Assembly (NCBI RefSeq): GCF_052425735.1
Contig: NC_135770.1
Span: forward strand, 6,014,001-6,078,000
Reading direction: 5' to 3'
Source: Oculina patagonica
Lineage: Eukaryota
DNA length: 64,000 bases
The stretch's first letter is position 1, and the number at the start of each line of letters is the position of its first letter. A program made the position numbers and the translations under genes. Shown here in pieces: positions 12,804 to 25,745 of this stretch. A model generated the notes under the pieces. The model made no database searches, was not told the DNA's origin, and was given only the letters and a program-made list of their open reading frames with translations.

Positions 12804-13725
12804 GGGACTTTGAGCAAACATAACCTTAGGGCTTATATTTTCGGAATTTTACGGTTTCTCGGCCGGCTTTGGTAGGGTAGAAAATATGCACTTGACATAA
12901 CGTAGGTTATCTTGAAGAAATAGCAAGGCTTAGAATGCGTCAGCCTTTTTAGTAAAGGATTTTCAAATAGTTTTTTAAAGAACTATTTCTTCAAACAAAA
13001 AATACATGTCAATGCCTCAAGATGCGTGAAATCTACTAGACTAGTTTCATTATGGTTATCTTGAAGTCAATTAATTAAACGCGCGCGAATTTTTTTCTTG
13101 AAGTTATATATGGCAGTGGCGTTGAAACTGTTTATAGCTAGAAAAGAATTACATAAACTACCTTATGGACAAATGCGGTTTGAAAAAGGTTTTCAATAAT
13201 AAAATAAATATTTGCTTCCTTTCATTTTTAAGATATTTTTCAGTCAAATCATTATCTACTCTGGGTGCCACAGGGTTTTTTTCACGCTTTTTCTGCAAAA
13301 AAAAAAAAAACAAAAAAACCCCGTCTGGCACTCAGGGTAATCAAATAATTTCAGATGATCAAAAAGATGATAAATGTATTGAAGTTATCATAATAGAAGT
13401 TTAATTTTTTGAATTTTGACACCAATAATATAATACATAAAGCTCTTTCGCAATTTCAGATGAACTTACGAAAATCGTCTTGTAACAATAGTGTCAAATA
13501 GTTTCTTATTGTAGTATCTGTTTCAGGAATTTGTTAAAATCGTTTTTGTGAGGAAAATGCAATTTACTCATTTGATACGTTCTTAACCGACAAGTATGTT
13601 TCAGTGGGCTCAGTAAATACGCGAGTCTTTTTATGATGTACAAGCCTGGATACTGAAAAAAAGTGAGGTATTTTTTGTTATATTTTCTTGTTTTAGAAGG
13701 GATCAAATATGTATATTTAACAACC

Positions 13726-13798
13726 ATTCCACTCGCGCTTGTTGGATATGAGATGGTGGATGGCCAACGAGGCGCGTAGCGCCCATTTAGCCATCCAC

Positions 13799-13828
<30 letters not shown>
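13726..13828. repeat. Perfect 39-bp-arm palindrome, the end of a non-autonomous palindromic element that probably extends to about 13985
   Basis: attccactcgcgcttgttggatatgagatggtggatggc and its reverse complement. The 25-nt loop holds a mini-hairpin ggcgc-gta-gcgcc. Confidence 0.9.
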
Positions 13829-13833
<5 letters not shown>

Positions 13834-14717
13834 TTTTATTAAAAACACTCAAATAATTGCAATAATTGAGCTCCCGGCTGTTCTCGTTGACGCACACACC
13901 TACCATGGTCCATGGCATATGAGCTGATATACCATTGCCTGTTAACCAATTAAAACTCAGGAATTGCAATTTACCATGGCTAGTTTCAATGAAAGGTCAC
14001 ACCTACGGTGCCCCAGCCAGTAGCAACCAACTTGAAGAAACTAACATGGGGATAAAATCCTAGTATGTGACCATTTTAATGAGATGGACCAATTGTTTGA
14101 TGTGAATTTGTTTGACTTTCGATATCGTGAGAAATGAATTTGCCGACTGAATATTTAGGGAAAAAAATCGTTAATATCTTCTCATCTGATTAGATACATA
14201 TTTTAAAATATTTAGTACACTGGGAGTAAATCTTTTTATCCGGTACAATTTTCATTGGTTTTTTTTGACAGGTTTTCTTTTCGCTGTGACACCCTGCAGT
14301 TTGAGGTTGACATGATCAGTTAACAATCGTGACATTGCATAGTGATAGGTTTAATTTAATAATTCTGCACGCAAATTATATTCCGGGATGGCGTCCTTTG
14401 TGCTCAGTCAGGCATCTCGACTTTATCACTGCATATGAGATAAATTAAAGTGTTGATATGTTTTGTGTATTTGTGAATCTTAGTTTGTCGACAACTTGCT
14501 CAGTTTTGATAAATGACTTCCGATTTTTGGACTTCTTTACGGATCATTCTCAGCGAGATTGATATGATTAAATTCTGCTTGCAGAAAAATGCCGAAAAGG
14601 GAATTTTCCATGTGTTGATTTCTGTTGAAAAAATCCTTGAACTCGGCAATTACCGCTGTAGACTCAATAGTCTGGTTTTATCTGCCCTCTAAGTCAAAGG
14701 TTCTGCCTTCATATTAA

Positions 14718-14897
14718 TTTTTTATATAAAAAATGATAACACTGAGAGATCCCCGATGATAACTGAAAAAGTTTGGCTCGTCCCAAAGTCGTATCGTATG
14801 CCATTCTTTCTGTTGTTTTGTTTGAAGCTGGGGCAGTTTTGGTAGTCTGACTGTAATGCGAGTCTGGACCTCCAAGTTCCAATTAAAGAAAACAGAC
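14718..14897 (+). repeat. Direct repeat, copy 1 (copy 2 = 15764-15788 plus 16512-16668)
   Basis: tttttatataaaaaatgataa followed by gagatccccgatga...gtatcgtatgccattctttctgttgttttgtttgaa...caattaaagaaa occurs twice. Confidence 0.85.
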
Positions 14898-15788
14898 ATT
14901 TTCTTTTCTGTGCTAAACCACCGACCAAAATTTACACCAAGCGGATCATTGAAGGTAAGTAAGGTATGATACAAAAGCCAGGTTCTCTGGATCTTCCGCT
15001 TATTTTCAGACCTGGGTTTTTCAGGGGTTTTCAAACCACTGCAATTAGCATTGTTTGCTCAGTGCTCGAGCATACTAGAATTAGCAACTGCTTCTGAAAG
15101 GGAGAATACATTTTTGCCGCTTAAGACAGAGTGAAAACTCATTAAATTTCAGTTCTCAAACATAGAGCGAGATCAAAGAAGAGACATATTTTTTTGATTA
15201 GCAATATTCATTTGTCATGTGATTAATTGTGTAATGTGGTGAAACGAAGCTCACTAGGCAATTGAGGCTCCGTTGACCTTTCCTTTGCCATGTATGTTTG
15301 TGGCCTAGCTCAATTTTTTTTTGAAATCTCTTAACATATTTTAGCTTTTTGTGGTGCGTGTTTAGAAATGGTAGAGGCTTATATTACGGCAAAAAAGGTC
15401 GACGCAAACTGCAAACGCTTGCTGAGAACTCCTGCCACTCACTGGTTCAAGTTGCTGATTTTGTTACAGCATATTTTAACAGTACAAAATTCTGTAACGT
15501 AAATTGCCAGGATCTCGGAATTCTTTCTGTCAGCTCGAGGACTAAAGGCAAAGAACTTCCATTCAGTTGGATAGAAAACAGTTTTGTCAGCAATGCAAAA
15601 AATGCCGACATTTACCTTAATAAAATATACTTGACTGACCGATTTAAACTGAATTGTGCTGCAAAGGATTTACATGTCTCCCGTTTTCATTTGCACACCT
15701 TATAAAATTCTTGGTCAAATATTGCTGTCATTGGTCCAACGTCATATTGTTTGCTTTTCATCATTTTTTATATAAAAAATGATAATTT

Positions 15789-16511
15789 TGTTAAATCTCC
15801 GAATGGGGAATAGCTCAAGGGTAGCTGTTCTGCTTGGCTTGCGAGAGGAATCGAGACTCTTTGGCTGTTTCTTCAATCCTTTAATTCTCTTCTCTGTATC
15901 AGCTGCACAACTCTTCTAATTCTAGTGAACTAGCAGCCCTTCTAATACAGCTAAAATGTAGACATGTTTGGGTTCAAAACTCGGCGCCCTTGGAAAACCA
16001 GAGGTATCCCCGAGACTTACTTAAGAAAGCAAATATAAACAGACCAACACGAAGAACCAACGCAGAGCGAGAACAACCAATAACAAATAAGGACGAACTA
16101 AAACTAGACTAAAACAGGAACCTTTATGGAGGTCCCAAATCAAGATCAGTAGATAATTTCAAGTTCTTCTACCGTGGAACGGAACTAGCTTCAAATACAA
16201 ACACTAGATAAGATAACCAACACAACCTAAACTTAGAAACTCCTAGTGTGAGCTAAACCTTGAATAACCTTGGACTATAAACTTGAATAACAAAATAACC
16301 AAAGCTTCGAAGAACAAACCCAAACACGTCCACGGAAGATTACAGTAAAAGCGATAAGTGCCCTTAATAAACTAAGATAAACAACTTGCAACATCAGTGT
16401 GGGCAATCAGGCCCTTACATCAAATGTCTTGCACGGAAGCAACAAAATAACAAATAACTGACAAAGAATTAAAATAATTAAATTCTAAATGGCAACTTAT
16501 GCTTCACAACA
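15789..16511. mobile_element. Probable solo LTR (about 723 bp)
   Basis: TGTT...AACA termini, near-TSD attt/attc, and it interrupts copy 2 of the direct repeat exactly where copy 1 is contiguous. Confidence 0.7.
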
Positions 16512-18409
16512 ATTCACAGAGATCCCCGATGAGAACTCAAAGGGGTTTGACTCGTCCCGGAGTGGTATCGTATGCCATTCTTTCTGTTGTTTTGTTTGAA
16601 CCTGGGGCAGTTTTGGTAGTCTGCCTGTGCGAGTCTGGCCCTCTAAGTTTCAATTAAAGAAATAAACAAAATGGCGCCAACAGTCCGCATTTCCCAGCAG
16701 GTTCAAACACATAACTTTTTTCGTAACTTTTTTAGTAAATTAAAGCACCGAACTGAAATGTTTTATCTTTGAAATATTTGTCTTGTTACGAAAGAGTAAG
16801 AAATTATTTGTTTTACGAAGAAGAAAAACAGTTGTCGCATACTTATTATGAAACGTTTTTAAGAACTTCCGGAATGGTCCAAAATTTGAAAGATACCGCC
16901 ACTTAAAATGCCACATTAACAAAAATTTTCCAAAGATTTTAATCAATCAAACGCGACGCATAAAGAAAATTAATTAATAAGCGCGGTATTTTGTCTTCTA
17001 AGTAAGGAATGTACATCTAACTTGATTTGATAAAAGGTGTCTCCCGAAATTTGACATGACACCGTAGTTCTGAAGCCCTATTTCTGTAACGAACGCTGAA
17101 TGAGGGCTAATTTTAGCTCAAGGTCAACGTAAGGTACTCTAGTTTATGTGTTTTTTAACCAAAAAGACTGCATATACGGCATTTTGTTTAAATCAAGAAT
17201 TCTATCAATTTAATTAAGAGTGTTTACAACTTGAAATGTGAGTCAAAATTAATACCAAGATAGACATAAGAAAACACTCGGCGGAGAGCTAAACTGTAGC
17301 GTTCTTAAAGCATGCACGTCTCAAATAAATTGAACTAAAGCATTGTACATCGACATTCGATTCAACTTTAAGCAAATCAGGCGAAATATCTGAGGAAGCG
17401 GGCATGTGTTATCTCAATTGTCAACTCCATTGTCGCGGCCGGAAATGCACACGATCGCATCGCCTCCCACCAGCGAATCACAGAGAACTATGAACTATGA
17501 GTGTTAGCTAGGCGGAGAACGCCTAAAATTGAGGGAAAAAGAAAACTATGTACTCACATCAGCGCTTGAAGCGATTCCTTGGCTATCCAATCCGACATGT
17601 TTCTTTTAGAAATAACCGACAATGTCCCGGATGTATTTGAATGTCGTCGAGCGCATAACGCCCGCTCCCCAAACTTCAACAGTAAAAAACTAAGTCTTTA
17701 GCCACGGTAAAGTTCAAGCCAAATATCGTTATGACCGCCTTCAAATCAGCCCGTATAGTCTAGTTCCGAGTCCTAATTGATGTGGCTAAAGACCTTTGCT
17801 GTCTAAAGCAAGCTCAACATTATCTGTACCTGGCAAAACGAGCCGACCGGTTATCTGTGTTTAACCGCCTAAAGCTCGGTTTGAGGTACGATAACAGCCG
17901 ACGCACAACTTGCAAATCGTAAGACTTTCACCTTCACGGGACTTAATGATGTCCTCCGGCAAACTTCCTTTAGACAGCAGAATGGAAAGCTATAGATCAC
18001 AACTGTTCAACTAGTTAGCGCGCGCAACTAGAATTCAAATGAAAGAGAGGGGTTGGAGTTAGAGACTGGGCTAGACTAACCACAAGTAATTCTAGGGGGA
18101 GGGAGACGGGGGGGGGGGGGAGACAGGGAGGGAGAAAAAAAGTAAGATTGCATTCACTACATTAGACAGGGCGACATTTCATTGGAAGAAAGCCGAACAA
18201 TTCTCCGTATCCTCAAACAAAAAAAAAAACAAAAAATGAAACCCCATACATTCCTTAACAGCCCGATAGCCACCTTTTATCAAATTAAGGTAGACATGCG
18301 ATTCAAAGCTCTAGCGTAATTTTCAGAGGGAGAGGTGGGGGAGGGAGGGGGGTTGGATTCTGGTTGGATTCTGCGCGTGTTTGATCAGGCTAAAAAGCCA
18401 TGTTAAATT

Positions 18410-18680
18410 ATAGAAATTTCGTTTAAGTGTTTTTAACTAAAACCAGAGTAATTACGCTGTCCAATCAAAAAGGACTCAGACAATGCAGTTAACCAATCAA
18501 AACTCGAAACAAATGTGTTCAGCCATCGATCGTCAAGCGCGGGAAAACGTGTGACGATTGGTTTTGGGTTCAACCTCTGATTGGTCGAGAAAGTGGCGCG
18601 AGTTTTTTAAACCATTTACAAAGCTTAGTAATGGAAAACAGAAAAACACGAATTACTTTCGACATTTACGAGAAAATCGA
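18410..18680 (-). mobile_element. Degenerate copy of the 9297-9587 MITE family
   Basis: aaccaatcaaaactcgaa, gcgcgggaaaacgtgtg and tgattggtcgagaaagtggcgcg are reverse complements of motifs in the 9.3-kb copy. Confidence 0.7.
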
Positions 18681-19437
18681 ATAATGAAACACTCAGTAGT
18701 AAACTGGTCATGTGAGAATTGTAGAAAATACTTGCTGATCATAATTATTTCGTTTATAAAATACCAAGAAAAGTTTAGGTTGCGTTTCGAAACTCCATTT
18801 TTGTTAGCACTATTTTTAGCAACAACAAAATTTAGCGTTTTGGTTTTTCCCAACATTTAGCCACTAGATGTATGAAATTCTTACATTTTTAACCAAGTTA
18901 ATTTTAGTGATTGCAACTGAAGCATCTAAGCAATTTATAATTAAGCAGGTGCTTAATTAGCAGCTATGCTGTGAATCGTTAAATTATTTTAAGGTAGCTA
19001 GTTAGACGAAATCAGGCCGCAGGGCAAAATTCGCAGACGTAAAATCCTGTTGCGTTTAGCCTGTCTAGTTGTTGATGGAGGACTTTATTAGCAGTTGTGT
19101 CATATATTATCATCCAAAGTGCTTTGATAACCTTTTCTTTGTGCACTGTGAAGTTTTAATTGACTGGTACTTCGCCTGACACAAGAATTTCGAGAATCTG
19201 CACTCGATCAAGAGTGATCTTTCATGCGTAAAGATCTTGTGTCATTTGAATGAAGCGAGGTGTTTAAACGAAGAAGGGATATACATATAACAAAGTGAGC
19301 AGGGATTTCAAGTCACTCTTTAATTGTTTCTTGTGGATGCAAACTGCTGAATGATTTTACTGAAAGGTCAGTTGAAGTCGACGGCCAAGAGCGTTCATTT
19401 CATCACCTCATTTCTATTTTAAACAGTTTTCACTGTC

Positions 19438-20634
19438 ATGGCTGCTCTTCCAGAGAGCCGACGAAGCAATTCAAGTACTAATTCTACGGACGTGTATATC
19501 CTGGCTCCCTCGACAGGCCCAGCTTTCGGTGAACCGTGCGAGGATCCTGCGCTTTTCGCAACTTCAGCTGTGTCCGCGGCGGTTGCATCTTGCTACGCAA
19601 TATTAATTCCACTGACAGTGTTGGGAAACGGTTCTGTTATTGCAGCTTTTGCGACGAATGCCAGGCTAAGAACTGCTACGAGTTTTTTCATCGTTGGTCT
19701 CGCCGCCAGTGATTTGCTGGTGGGAACGTTTTCGGTCCCCTTTTGGACGTTTGTTGTGGCACACGATAATATAATGGTGGGCTACTGCTTCTCGACGTAT
19801 GCCGTCTACATCAGCTTTGACATTTTTGCCGGCTGCGCGTCCATTTTACAGCTCACCTCCATCGCTCTCGAGCGCTTCGTCTCGACGCAGTGGCCATTGA
19901 TTCATCGCAAAATGCCACGACGCGTCTACATCATCATGTTACTCATTGCGTGGCTTTGCGCAACTGTTGTGGCCGCTTTGCAACCCTTGGAATTAAAATC
20001 GCAAGCCTGGCAGCAAAACTACACCATGTTTTTATTTCTCAGCTGCTTCTGTTGCCCGCTCGTAATAATCGTGACTTGTTACTGCTACATTTTTAAGATC
20101 AGCAGGTTTCAAGCGCGGAGACGGCTGTCTAGTTCTTCCAGGAACTGTGGACTGACTCCTGGAGGGGCCATTAAGGAAATAAACGTGGCCATTACTGTAG
20201 CGGTAATAACAGTCCTTTTTATGGCCGCATGGTTACCTTTCTTCCTCGTCTCCGTTATAGCGACGTTGTGCTTAGCGTGTCTACCGCCTTCGCCTGGTGT
20301 CTTACATTTAGTAAAGTTTATAAAATTCTTACAGTACAGTAGTAGCGCTATTAACCCTTACATATACGCTTACAGAAACACTGAAATGCGGCGAACTCTG
20401 TTGAAAATTGCAAGCAAATTTCTCCCGTGTGGTGTGGTGGGCTTCTTCGGAACAAGAAATGTAATTCGCCAAGCGATAATAGAAGGACGGGATCCTGAAC
20501 AGTATCAATCCATTTCAAGAAATATTGTTTCTTCGGCGGAAGGAGAGGTTTTTGAGGCTGAGGAAATGAAAGACCAAACCCCAACAAAACCTCGGAAGAA
20601 AGACAAAAAGAAAACAGTCGTTGTGTATTTGTAA
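19438..20634 (+). CDS. GPCR1: class A 7TM receptor, aminergic (octopamine/adrenergic/histamine)-like orphan, 398 aa
   Basis: GN (TM1), LAxxD (TM2), D3.32 and ERF (TM3), W4.50, AWLPFF (TM6), NPYIY (TM7). N-terminal N-glycosylation sites NSS and NST. Splice acceptor tttctattttaaacag just upstream of the ATG suggests a 5'UTR intron. Confidence 0.95.
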   Translation: MAALPESRRSNSSTNSTDVYILAPSTGPAFGEPCEDPALFATSAVSAAVASCYAILIPLTVLGNGSVIAAFATNARLRTATSFFIVGLAASDLLVGTFSVPFWTFVVAHDNIMVGYCFSTYAVYISFDIFAGCASILQLTSIALERFVSTQWPLIHRKMPRRVYIIMLLIAWLCATVVAALQPLELKSQAWQQNYTMFLFLSCFCCPLVIIVTCYCYIFKISRFQARRRLSSSSRNCGLTPGGAIKEINVAITVAVITVLFMAAWLPFFLVSVIATLCLACLPPSPGVLHLVKFIKFLQYSSSAINPYIYAYRNTEMRRTLLKIASKFLPCGVVGFFGTRNVIRQAIIEGRDPEQYQSISRNIVSSAEGEVFEAEEMKDQTPTKPRKKDKKKTVVVYL

Positions 20635-22061
20635 TTTCTTCTATTTCTTTCCGATTTATACTGCAATTCTAAAACTTGGGTTCGATTCTCCTGATGACCT
20701 TAAAAAGTGAAACCAAAATTTCATAGATTTTTTTATCAAATTTAATATAATGACAAATACTTTATAAATAGCATAAATTCAGCAACTCGTCATCTTTGCA
20801 GGTTTTAACTATTCAAAATCTTTGTCGCAAAGTACAAAAGTGTTATTCGAGATTAGCCGGAATTGTTTGTTTATTCAATTTTAAGGCAGGTTAAAGTTCG
20901 TTATGGAAGAGAAAATCAAAACATTTGTTTGAAACATTCGGAAAAAATATTGACTTTCAGTGAGTTGGCAACTAATTGAAAAGTTGCTTTTAACAGTTTC
21001 TCACATCAAAAATATGTTCCTTACTAGAATTATGTAATCACCAAAAGCTATTACATCGAACAGAACTAGCCGACGAAGAGGTTTATTGTACCCCTGAAGC
21101 TGCAGACATTTAAAATATGTAAATCATTTTAATGTTAATACATGTTTAAATAAAAACGTTCTAGATTCTTCCACAGAAATGATCTTTCATCAATTTCACT
21201 TTATTTTGGGATATCTGCATCATCGTTGAGATAAGATTAAAGCAGGCACTCTTTAAAATCCTGACTTTTGAGTTAAACTGTTTATTTTTGCAAACAATCG
21301 GCTTCTTTGTGAGTGACAATAAACAAAGAAGATCGGTGACGTCTTGCGCGCTGTTTACAAGTCCTTTTGATAATCATCATAACAAACATTTTATAATAGC
21401 CGTATTTCCTTATTACTCAGCACCTGGATGACGTCACGTTGCACCATACCGCTGTTTGTTTATAGAATTTATAGGAACTTTAACTCAACCTTCGTTGCTA
21501 TGTCTCATGATACTAGTAATTCAGTTACAGATCATAGCCACGTCACTTCGCTCTGGCAAGATGACGTAGATAGAAATTGAGCCTCAGGCAGGGATTCTGT
21601 CAGCCGTTGCTTTTATTAAATTGCAACGGCATGAAAATGCAATGAAGTAAGACTTGGACAACATTTTTATTCGCGCGCGCGCGAAAAATCAGATGAATCA
21701 TCGTGACCATATATGATAATGAATAGATTTTTCTACGAGAAAGATACCCTCAAGAATACCAGCTATTTTATAAAAAAAATATGTTTACTGAGATTGAACT
21801 CAAATTCTTTAACAAGTCGACACAAAAACGAGAACTATCAAAGCGGGATTTCAAAGCAAAGCATTCGGGCGAGGATGATTTTAGTTGAAAGTACATCCCG
21901 CGTTTGCTTTGGTTTTGCATTACCGTTTAGTAATTGGTTTAAAAATCACGCGCCACTTTGTCGACCAATCAGAAGTATCGCCAAATTTAATCGTAATTCG
22001 CTTGCTCATGTTTTCCCATTTGGTGGCGCACGCTCAACCCTCCCTGCTTCCTCCATAAAAG

Positions 22062-22281
22062 CAGTGATTCTCGAAAGCCGGTTAACACAAACCCAGGATT
22101 AAGTTGATCGAGGGTTCAATTTCTCTTGTATTAAAGTGTTTTCAGTTATTGCTTATGTTTTGTATAGACTTTGAGATATTATTTGTCCACGTCAAAGCTA
22201 GAGGAAAGAAAATATAAACAGAGAACCTCACTGAAAAAAAAAAATGAAAGCAAAATTCACGCCAATCCTGAATTAGCATAT
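22062..22281. mobile_element. Degenerate Harbinger-like MITE (related copy at about 30020-30249)
   Basis: Shared 3' end aaattc.cgc.aatcct....ttagc/ttgcct.....cgt.ct.tgaacaac in both copies. Confidence 0.5.
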
Positions 22282-23478
22282 TCGTGCTTTGAACAACCCC
22301 GCTTGTTTTCTTGCTGTATTAGGGTGTTTTTCGTGACAGTTTTTATAATGATTAAGCTTTACTTAAATATTTCAAAATTTCGTTAACTTGTTGTATAAAC
22401 TTTTTACAACTGATCATTTCACGCCATTTGTCGACCAAAGAATTACAAAGGAGCTCGTTAAAATTCACGCAGAATATTAGTTGTTTAGATTGCAACACAA
22501 ATAATGTAAACATGATGTTTTTAATAAAAGTCTCGTTCAAGTTTCTTTTTTTCAGTAGCATTTGCGTACAAGCGCGTTTGAAAGTCTCTTTTTATGTAAA
22601 TCTTTCTATGAAAGGCGGAAAGGGAACAACAAAGTTGTCAATGATTTGAGCTGTTTTCATTTCTGTACTAGATAAGATGCATGATATCGTTGTTATTCTC
22701 AATTTCCTACTCTCAGTAGGTAATTAATTTTTATACGTTCGCCGGAAGGAAAACAATATAAACATCTTTGTTCGCCTTATACAAGCACTGCTTATAAGGT
22801 CTATTAATAAAGGTTTCATATGCCAAGCGTTTCAGTTTTCAGTAAGAAGTTTGGTCAACGAACGATAACTTTCTCGTTCGGCTGTGACACGGGCGAGATT
22901 TTAGAAGTTTTCCTTCGACAAAATTTTCGCTTCCCTTGACTCGGAGCTTTAAAAGAGCTGTTTTACAAAAGTTGAAGAAAGCTTTACTTAAGTGAGAGTT
23001 TGATGTGAATAGCAACTCGCCCTTGACAACCATCATGGAGAAAGATTGGAAAGAGTCTGAAAACTTAGGTTGACGCCTCTTCTCCAGATATACTTCGCAC
23101 TTCCAGGTCAGATATCTTTTCTTGTCTACTTTTTGCTCCAATTCCGATTTTTCAAAAAAAAGTTTGTTTTTCTTTTGGCGATAATTTCTCAGGGTGGGTA
23201 TAAATGGTTATTTCGGAAATTTGAGAAAAGTGTTTGTTCTTGTGCGATACAAAATAAATACTAGATTGTAGAGACAAAGTTTTATTGCAAGAGCGCAATA
23301 CACGACTTGTTGTTTAATTTCACTCATGCGACAAGTGTTTTAGTAGTTGAAGGGTTAGTGAAAGTTAAGCGCAGCCTTATTCTCGGAAACTGGAACATTC
23401 TAGAATTTTTATAACTGAAAAGGCTCGTTTTAAAAAAAACCTGCACAAAGCCAGCGTAAAAATAGTGGTTTACGGGCA

Positions 23479-24186
23479 AGAATATTTTGAGATATTTGTT
23501 TTCAATTGCGTAGTTGAGACGACAAATGAATGCAATCTCACCATTTTCAGGCGGTACGTGCGAAGTGTTCATTTGTTAAGTTTTAATTTTGAAAATAATA
23601 CGCTATACAAAAGCAAGCCTTTTGGTAAATTTGTCGTGTTATTAAGTGTCAAGCTTTATCTCTGCACACATTTTGACTTCTTGTTCTCCTTGAAAAAACT
23701 CGTTTAATTTACCCTTTCTTTTATCAATTTGACTTGACGAGGAACAATAATTAAAGAAAAAAATCGTCTTTGTGAATCCCTGTATTAATTTGTTATTGTT
23801 TGTAAGTGTACAAAAGTCGCCGCGGAGTTAAGAATATTTTGGAGATAATGTTTTTAATTACTTAGTTGAGACGACAAATGAATGCATTTTCAGGCGGTAC
23901 GTGCGAAGTGTTTATTTGTTTAGTTTTGATTTTGAAAATAATACCCTCTAGAAAAGCAAGCCCTTTGGTAAATTTGTCGTGTCAAGTGAGTTTTTTTTTT
24001 ATCTCTGCATACATTTTGACCTTACGTTTTCCTTGAAAAACGAGTTTAATTTTCGCTATTCTTTTATCAATTTGCCTTATTAAATTGTATTAGTTATTAC
24101 TAATTTTGAATTTTTTTTTTGTCTTTGTGGAACCCTTTGTTATTTTTTGTTGTTTTTAAGAGAACAAAAGTCACCGCACAGTTAAG
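23479..24186 (+). repeat. Tandem duplication, two diverged units of about 350 bp
   Basis: aagaatatttt..., tagttgagacgacaaatgaatgca, tttcaggcggtacgtgcgaagtgtt, tttggtaaatttgtcgtgt and acaaaagtc.ccgc..agttaaga each occur twice, about 350 bp apart. Confidence 0.9.
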
Positions 24187-24770
24187 AGAAAATCTAATAG
24201 TTTATCTTAAAATTAGTCGAGTAGGAACCGCAATCTTTATCCAAGAAAGGTTAATAAGATTTGATATCGCCAATTAATAAGCAAACTTGTTACCACATGG
24301 ACGTTTTTCACACGATGCCTCTGAAAGATACGTTTCAATTCATTGAAATTAACGGATTATATTATAACTGACCATTGTGATGCATTGTTTCTTATTTGAC
24401 AGTTTCAACTAAGATTTGCGGGAAAAGCCTGTCATTCATTATACTCAAACAGATCCTTCATTTGAGTGATTACGTATAATATTGCATGGTTATATTCCCC
24501 TCCGGGGTTATAATAGGGGTCCAGTTGGGTCTTTGATAACAAAAATTAAACAACCGCGCAGCGGGAGTCCGTTTTGTTTTAACCACAAGTATAATTACGG
24601 ACCCTATTTCTAATTAATCATATCTATAACAAACGTAGAAACAAACACCGACAAAGAAACCCTGTTGTTAAGAATTGATTATCTCTATACCAAGGAAGGA
24701 AGTCTTTTGGGAAAATGTTTAGGGGCCGAGATATAAGGAAGAAAAGATTCAGTCACAAGAAAGACCCCTC

Positions 24771-25153
24771 CCCAGAGGGGTACTGACAGGCTCCACCCCG
24801 AGGTCCAATCCCCTACCCTTTCATATACCATTTTTGACAGAAAAGGTACCCCTTTCATGTACCTTCGATAGAACGTGGCACCCCTTTCATTTACCTACAG
24901 AGGGGGTGCTTCATCTCTTTTCTTAATTTTTCACTTTAATAACCCCTAAATACTTAAATGAATCGACTATTCGGTGGGTCTGTTCGAAACATTTTGAAAG
25001 ACCCTTATAAATACCTTAATTACAGTCTCCATACCCTTTTGTATACCCCAACTCTTAAATTCTAACCCTTTTTTATACCTACAGCCTGAAAAAGGTACCC
25101 CTTTCGGGTGGAGCCTCCCCGCATGGTCCACTATTGGGGGTACCCCCTCTGGG
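24771..25153. mobile_element. MITE with CCC...GGG termini (degenerate relative at about 34430-34712)
   Basis: TIRs cccagaggggtac / gtaccccctctggg; internal repeats aaaaggtacccctttc. Confidence 0.8.
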
Positions 25154-25269
25154 AAGAAACATAATCAGGTGCATGACTCACGAATTTGGTCATTAAACAC
25201 TTTGTTATTGGACACTTACATCTTATATAGCTGCCCGTGTTTTAATGTAGTACGGTGAAAAATTAGAGC

Positions 25270-25745
25270 ATAAGATAAGATAAGAAACTTTATTTAAATG
25301 TCAAAACCTTATAGCCTGGAAAATAATACCATACTAATTAGGAGACACTGCTAAAAACTAAAAGCTACACTAATACTAAATATAAATACAATAAAAATAT
25401 ATATAAGTCATATAAAAATGTTATTATAATCTATGATATAGAAAAATGTTTAAATCTTAATTGCTAAAAAAAAAAAGAAAAAAGAAAAAAAAAATAATAA
25501 TAATGACTTCACTTGAGAGGCACTATGTGCAGCATAGGATGCATCCCTTACAGCCGTTGTCCATTAAGCGAGTTATATCCCTTTTGCGAATACGGTTTGT
25601 AAAAGCCTGCAGTGTCTTGGCTGATCTGTCAGCCGTAGAAAGTTTGCCCCATAAATTGGGTCCTACATAACGCAAAGAGTGCTTTCCATAAGTAACAGTG
25701 TTGTATCTAGGAGTAGAAAAATCTGATTGTCTCAGGTTATGCTGA
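25270..25745 (-). mobile_element. 5'-truncated CR1/L2-clade LINE 3' end
   Basis: Minus frame HNLRQSDFSTPRYNTVTYGKHSLRYVGPNLWGKL...GCKGCILCCT*, an ORF2 C-terminus-like sequence, then an AT-rich UTR and a (TCTTA)n tail. Confidence 0.85.

Noticed and set aside
17694-17793. 12-bp inverted repeat gtctttagccac/gtggctaaagac
   Set aside because: Short enough to be expected by chance in 64 kb; no TSD or further pairing.
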